In this document: positions 62,657-64,000 of the stretch, piece by piece
How positions within the stretch are numbered: position 1 is the stretch's first letter
Layout: each line of letters starts with the position of its first letter
Source of the DNA: Rebecca billardiae RCC1528
Taxonomy: Eukaryota > Protista > Haptophyta
Direction of reading: 5' to 3'
DNA length: 64,000 nt
Assembly: GCA_965240325.2 (NCBI GenBank)
Contig: OZ251225.1
Span: forward strand, 682,001-746,000
Position numbers and translations under genes: made by a program
The notes under the pieces: generated by a model
The model's database searches: none
What the model was told of the DNA's origin: nothing
Seen by the model: only the letters and a program-made list of their open reading frames with translations

Positions 62657-64000
62657 ATGACGTCGCTCGGGGCGGCTCAGAGCTCGACGTCCGGCGGTCG
62701 GAAGCGCGCAAAGGTCGAGGTGACGAGCAGCAAGCCCGCGCTCGAGTGCAAGCTCCGTCTCGACCTGCAGGCGCTGTACGAGGACGGGCTGCTGTCGGAC
62801 GTGCACCTGCATGTGCGCGGTGACGGGGCGCAGGCGGCCAAGACGTTCTCGTGCCACCGCGCGATCCTGGCGGCCGCTTCGACGTACTTCAAGGCCATCT
62901 TCACGTCCAACTGCAAGGAGAACGGCAAGAGCGAGGTGACGCTCAACGATGTTGATCCTCACGTGTTTGAGGACATCATTCGGCTGTGCTATGGCGGGCC
63001 CGTGACGTTGGACAGGGCCAACGTCGTCGGGCTGATGCAGGCGGCGGAGTTTTACGGCGTGTCCGAGCTGCGCGAGTCGTGCACCGCCTTCTTCCAGCAG
63101 GGTCTCTCCGCCGAGGTCTACTACGAGCTGCTCGACCTGGGCATGACGATCCGGTGCGAGCGTGCACAGCAGCTGTGCATCCGCGCGCTCGCCAAGGACT
63201 TTGCGACGGCGATCTCGCATCCGGCGTTCCTCACCGTGTCGGTGGACAGCTTACGCGGCATGCTCCAGGACGACGCGCTCAGCGTGCCGAGCGAAGAAGC
63301 CGTCCTGCAGGCCCTTGTGACGTGGCTCGAGCACAACAAGTCGGGCATGCTCGAGCGCGAGATCCCAGCGAGGGAGATTGACGAGCTGCTGCTACTCGTG
63401 CGCTGGCCGTGGCTGCCGACGTCGGTGCTGTGCGCCGTGCAAGAGCGGTACCCGTGCCTGTCGTCATGCGCGATGCTCGACCGACTGCTGCTGCAAGCCT
63501 TTCGTTTTCACGCCTCGAGCGCCGAGCAGCGGAGCGCGCTCGGGTGCGAGAGCGTGCAGTTTCAGCCGCGCCCCGGCATGCTGCGCCTGAGCGAGCTGCT
63601 GCCCGACGGGCTGATGACCGACATGACCTTCGTCTGGAACGTGCCCAACTTCGCCTCGATCGAGCAGGAGAGCCTGTACTCCCCGCACGTCTGCGTCAAC
63701 GGCAACCGCTGGTCCATCTACATGTGGCCGCGCCGCCGATGCAGCTCGCAGACGGGCAAGGAGCAGGACTGGGTCTCCATCTACCTCAACTCGGTGGACG
63801 TGAAGAACGGTGACGTCGAGCAGCTGCCGACGTACGCGTTCGAGCTCACGGTGAAGAACTACCTGGACGCTGGGCGGTCGATCACGCGCGAGTACGAGCA
63901 CGCCTTCGACTCACAGGCGGTCGACTGGGGCCTCAGCCGCTTCGTCTCATACGCACAGGTGTGCGACCCGTTCCAGGGGTTCCTCAACGGCGGCACGCTC
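62657..64000 (+). CDS. BTB/POZ - BACK - MATH domain protein (3' end off window)
   Basis: SDVHLHV...FSCHRAILAAASTYFKAIF (BTB), LSVPSEEAVLQALVTWL (BACK), FVWNVPNF...NGNRWSIYMWP...VSIYL...DWGLSRFV (MATH). The frame is open to the window end and absent from the ORF track because it has no stop. Confidence 0.9.
   Translation, partial: MTSLGAAQSSTSGGRKRAKVEVTSSKPALECKLRLDLQALYEDGLLSDVHLHVRGDGAQAAKTFSCHRAILAAASTYFKAIFTSNCKENGKSEVTLNDVDPHVFEDIIRLCYGGPVTLDRANVVGLMQAAEFYGVSELRESCTAFFQQGLSAEVYYELLDLGMTIRCERAQQLCIRALAKDFATAISHPAFLTVSVDSLRGMLQDDALSVPSEEAVLQALVTWLEHNKSGMLEREIPAREIDELLLLVRWPWLPTSVLCAVQERYPCLSSCAMLDRLLLQAFRFHASSAEQRSALGCESVQFQPRPGMLRLSELLPDGLMTDMTFVWNVPNFASIEQESLYSPHVCVNGNRWSIYMWPRRRCSSQTGKEQDWVSIYLNSVDVKNGDVEQLPTYAFELTVKNYLDAGRSITREYEHAFDSQAVDWGLSRFVSYAQVCDPFQGFLNGGTL

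Overview
Very GC-rich eukaryotic nuclear DNA with short GC-rich spliceosomal introns, including one GC-AG intron. Composition and intron style suggest a haptophyte such as a Pavlovales alga (inference). There is a 200-N scaffold gap at 26234-26433. Compact host genes: a degenerate kinesin-motor/coiled-coil protein, a secreted Ser-Pro-rich protein, a divergent mitochondrial carrier, an LCAT/PLA2G15-like lipase (cut by the gap), CEP95, a TPR protein, GPN3, a SAM methyltransferase, BDP1, a NADAR-FHA-RRM fusion, a HERPUD-like protein, an atypical Arf/Arl GTPase and a BTB-BACK-MATH protein. Between them lie dense DNA-transposon zones: an apparently intact two-gene PIF/Harbinger, Harbinger-type and mariner-type MITEs, a deleted pogo element, nested MULE-like foldbacks and several long inverted repeats. 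Three observations stand out. (1) A NADAR (N-glycosidase/ADP-ribosylhydrolase family) domain is fused to FHA and RRM domains. (2) A three-copy family of TA-microsatellite-associated elements has Helitron2-like asymmetric inverted repeats, a terminal hairpin and unrelated interiors. (3) Repeat copies decay by dense short insertions and tandem duplications (mostly 2-8 nt), possibly a repeat-targeted mutagenic process. All family assignments come from motif recognition by eye, not database searches.
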